Source of the DNA: Utricularia gibba
Taxonomy: Eukaryota > Plantae > Magnoliophyta
DNA length: 64,000 nucleotides
NCBI GenBank assembly: GCA_002189035.1
Contig: NEEC01000011.1
Span: 3,286,001 to 3,350,000 of the forward strand
Reading direction: 5' to 3'
Part shown: positions 63,901 through 64,000 of the stretch, piece after piece
Layout: each line of letters starts with the position of its first letter
Numbering within the stretch: position 1 is the stretch's first letter
The notes under the pieces: model-generated
Told to the model about the DNA's origin: nothing
The model's database searches: none
The model's input: only the letters and a program-made list of their open reading frames with translations
Made by a program: the position numbers and the translations under genes

Positions 63901-64000
63901 CGACGATGTATCAGAGCTCGAATTATTGCCTTATATTAGCCTTCAATTGTGCCACAAAGTGGCCACGACGTTCGCGATGATGCGACTCGGGGCTTCCGAT

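Larger units (their letters stand above)
6857..64000 (+). repeat. Tandem satellite array, 346-bp monomer, ~165 head-to-tail copies in one orientation, continuing past the window end
   Basis: The landmark TTGTGCCACAAAGTGGCCACGACG recurs every 346 bp (e.g. 8970 to 9316). Consensus read by eye: ttgtgccacaaagtggccacgacgttcgcgatgatgcgacctcggacttccgattcgacgcgaatgggatttctcgctttcaagacatatggatttcattggaaggtgtgaaattttcgttttagaggcgatcccttacaatgccacggttgtgttccaacccacacctgatgcaggcctcgtgcaccattccgtattttgtcgatatcttgaaaaccgtgatgagccacgtttcgcacgacacaccgtttcgaagctcattccgaggcggtcatcttccgttttggaagcttcgtcgtccgacaatatatcagagctcgaattattgccttatattagccttcaa (346 nt, ~48% GC). Confidence 0.99.

Noticed and set aside
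6894-64000. Hundreds of 60-235 aa ORFs (MFQPTPDAGLVHHSVF..., MPRLCSNPHL..., MPQSGHDVRDDAT...)
   Set aside because: They are translations of the satellite. Because 346 is not a multiple of 3, the same peptides cycle through the frames. The monomer is stop-poor (~8 stop triplets on the plus strand, no TAA), indels and stops fall at random, and no protein motif is recognisable.
6857-64000. CRISPR array
   Set aside because: The context is eukaryotic, the whole 346-bp unit is repeated with no unique spacers, and there are no cas genes.
6857-64000. 5S rDNA or rDNA spacer array (similar unit size)
   Set aside because: Neither strand contains the plant 5S sequence (GGATGCGATCATACCAGCAC...) or any 45S coding segment.

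Overview
Plant (angiosperm) nuclear DNA at the edge of a large tandem satellite array. The first ~6.8 kb is compact and gene-dense, with every gene on the minus strand. It holds the probable 5' end of a gene running off the left edge, a 6-exon nuclear poly(A)-binding protein (PABN, 221 aa), a 4-exon type-II pectin methylesterase whose start codon is out of frame by one base in a G run, and an intronless dirigent gene. About 315 bp upstream of the dirigent ATG a GC-rich (~48%), CpG-rich satellite starts abruptly. It runs head-to-tail in one orientation to the end of the window (~57 kb, ~165 monomers of 346 bp). All of the several hundred ORFs beyond ~6.9 kb are repeat-derived and not genes. I found no new protein-coding system; the interest lies in the array's internal history. 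The outermost copies are a decayed 359-bp form carrying a 13-bp near-palindrome absent from the 346-bp interior. The array also shows two interleaved monomer subfamilies, microhomology deletions, a fold-back template-switch scar, a relic old-type monomer inside the array, and nested higher-order periods (0.69, 2.74, 3.45 and ~9.3 kb). From ~18.2 kb on, the sequence looks like imperfectly corrected long-read consensus (many 1-bp deletions, garbled junctions), so distal fine structure needs read-level validation. All counts and alignments were done by eye.
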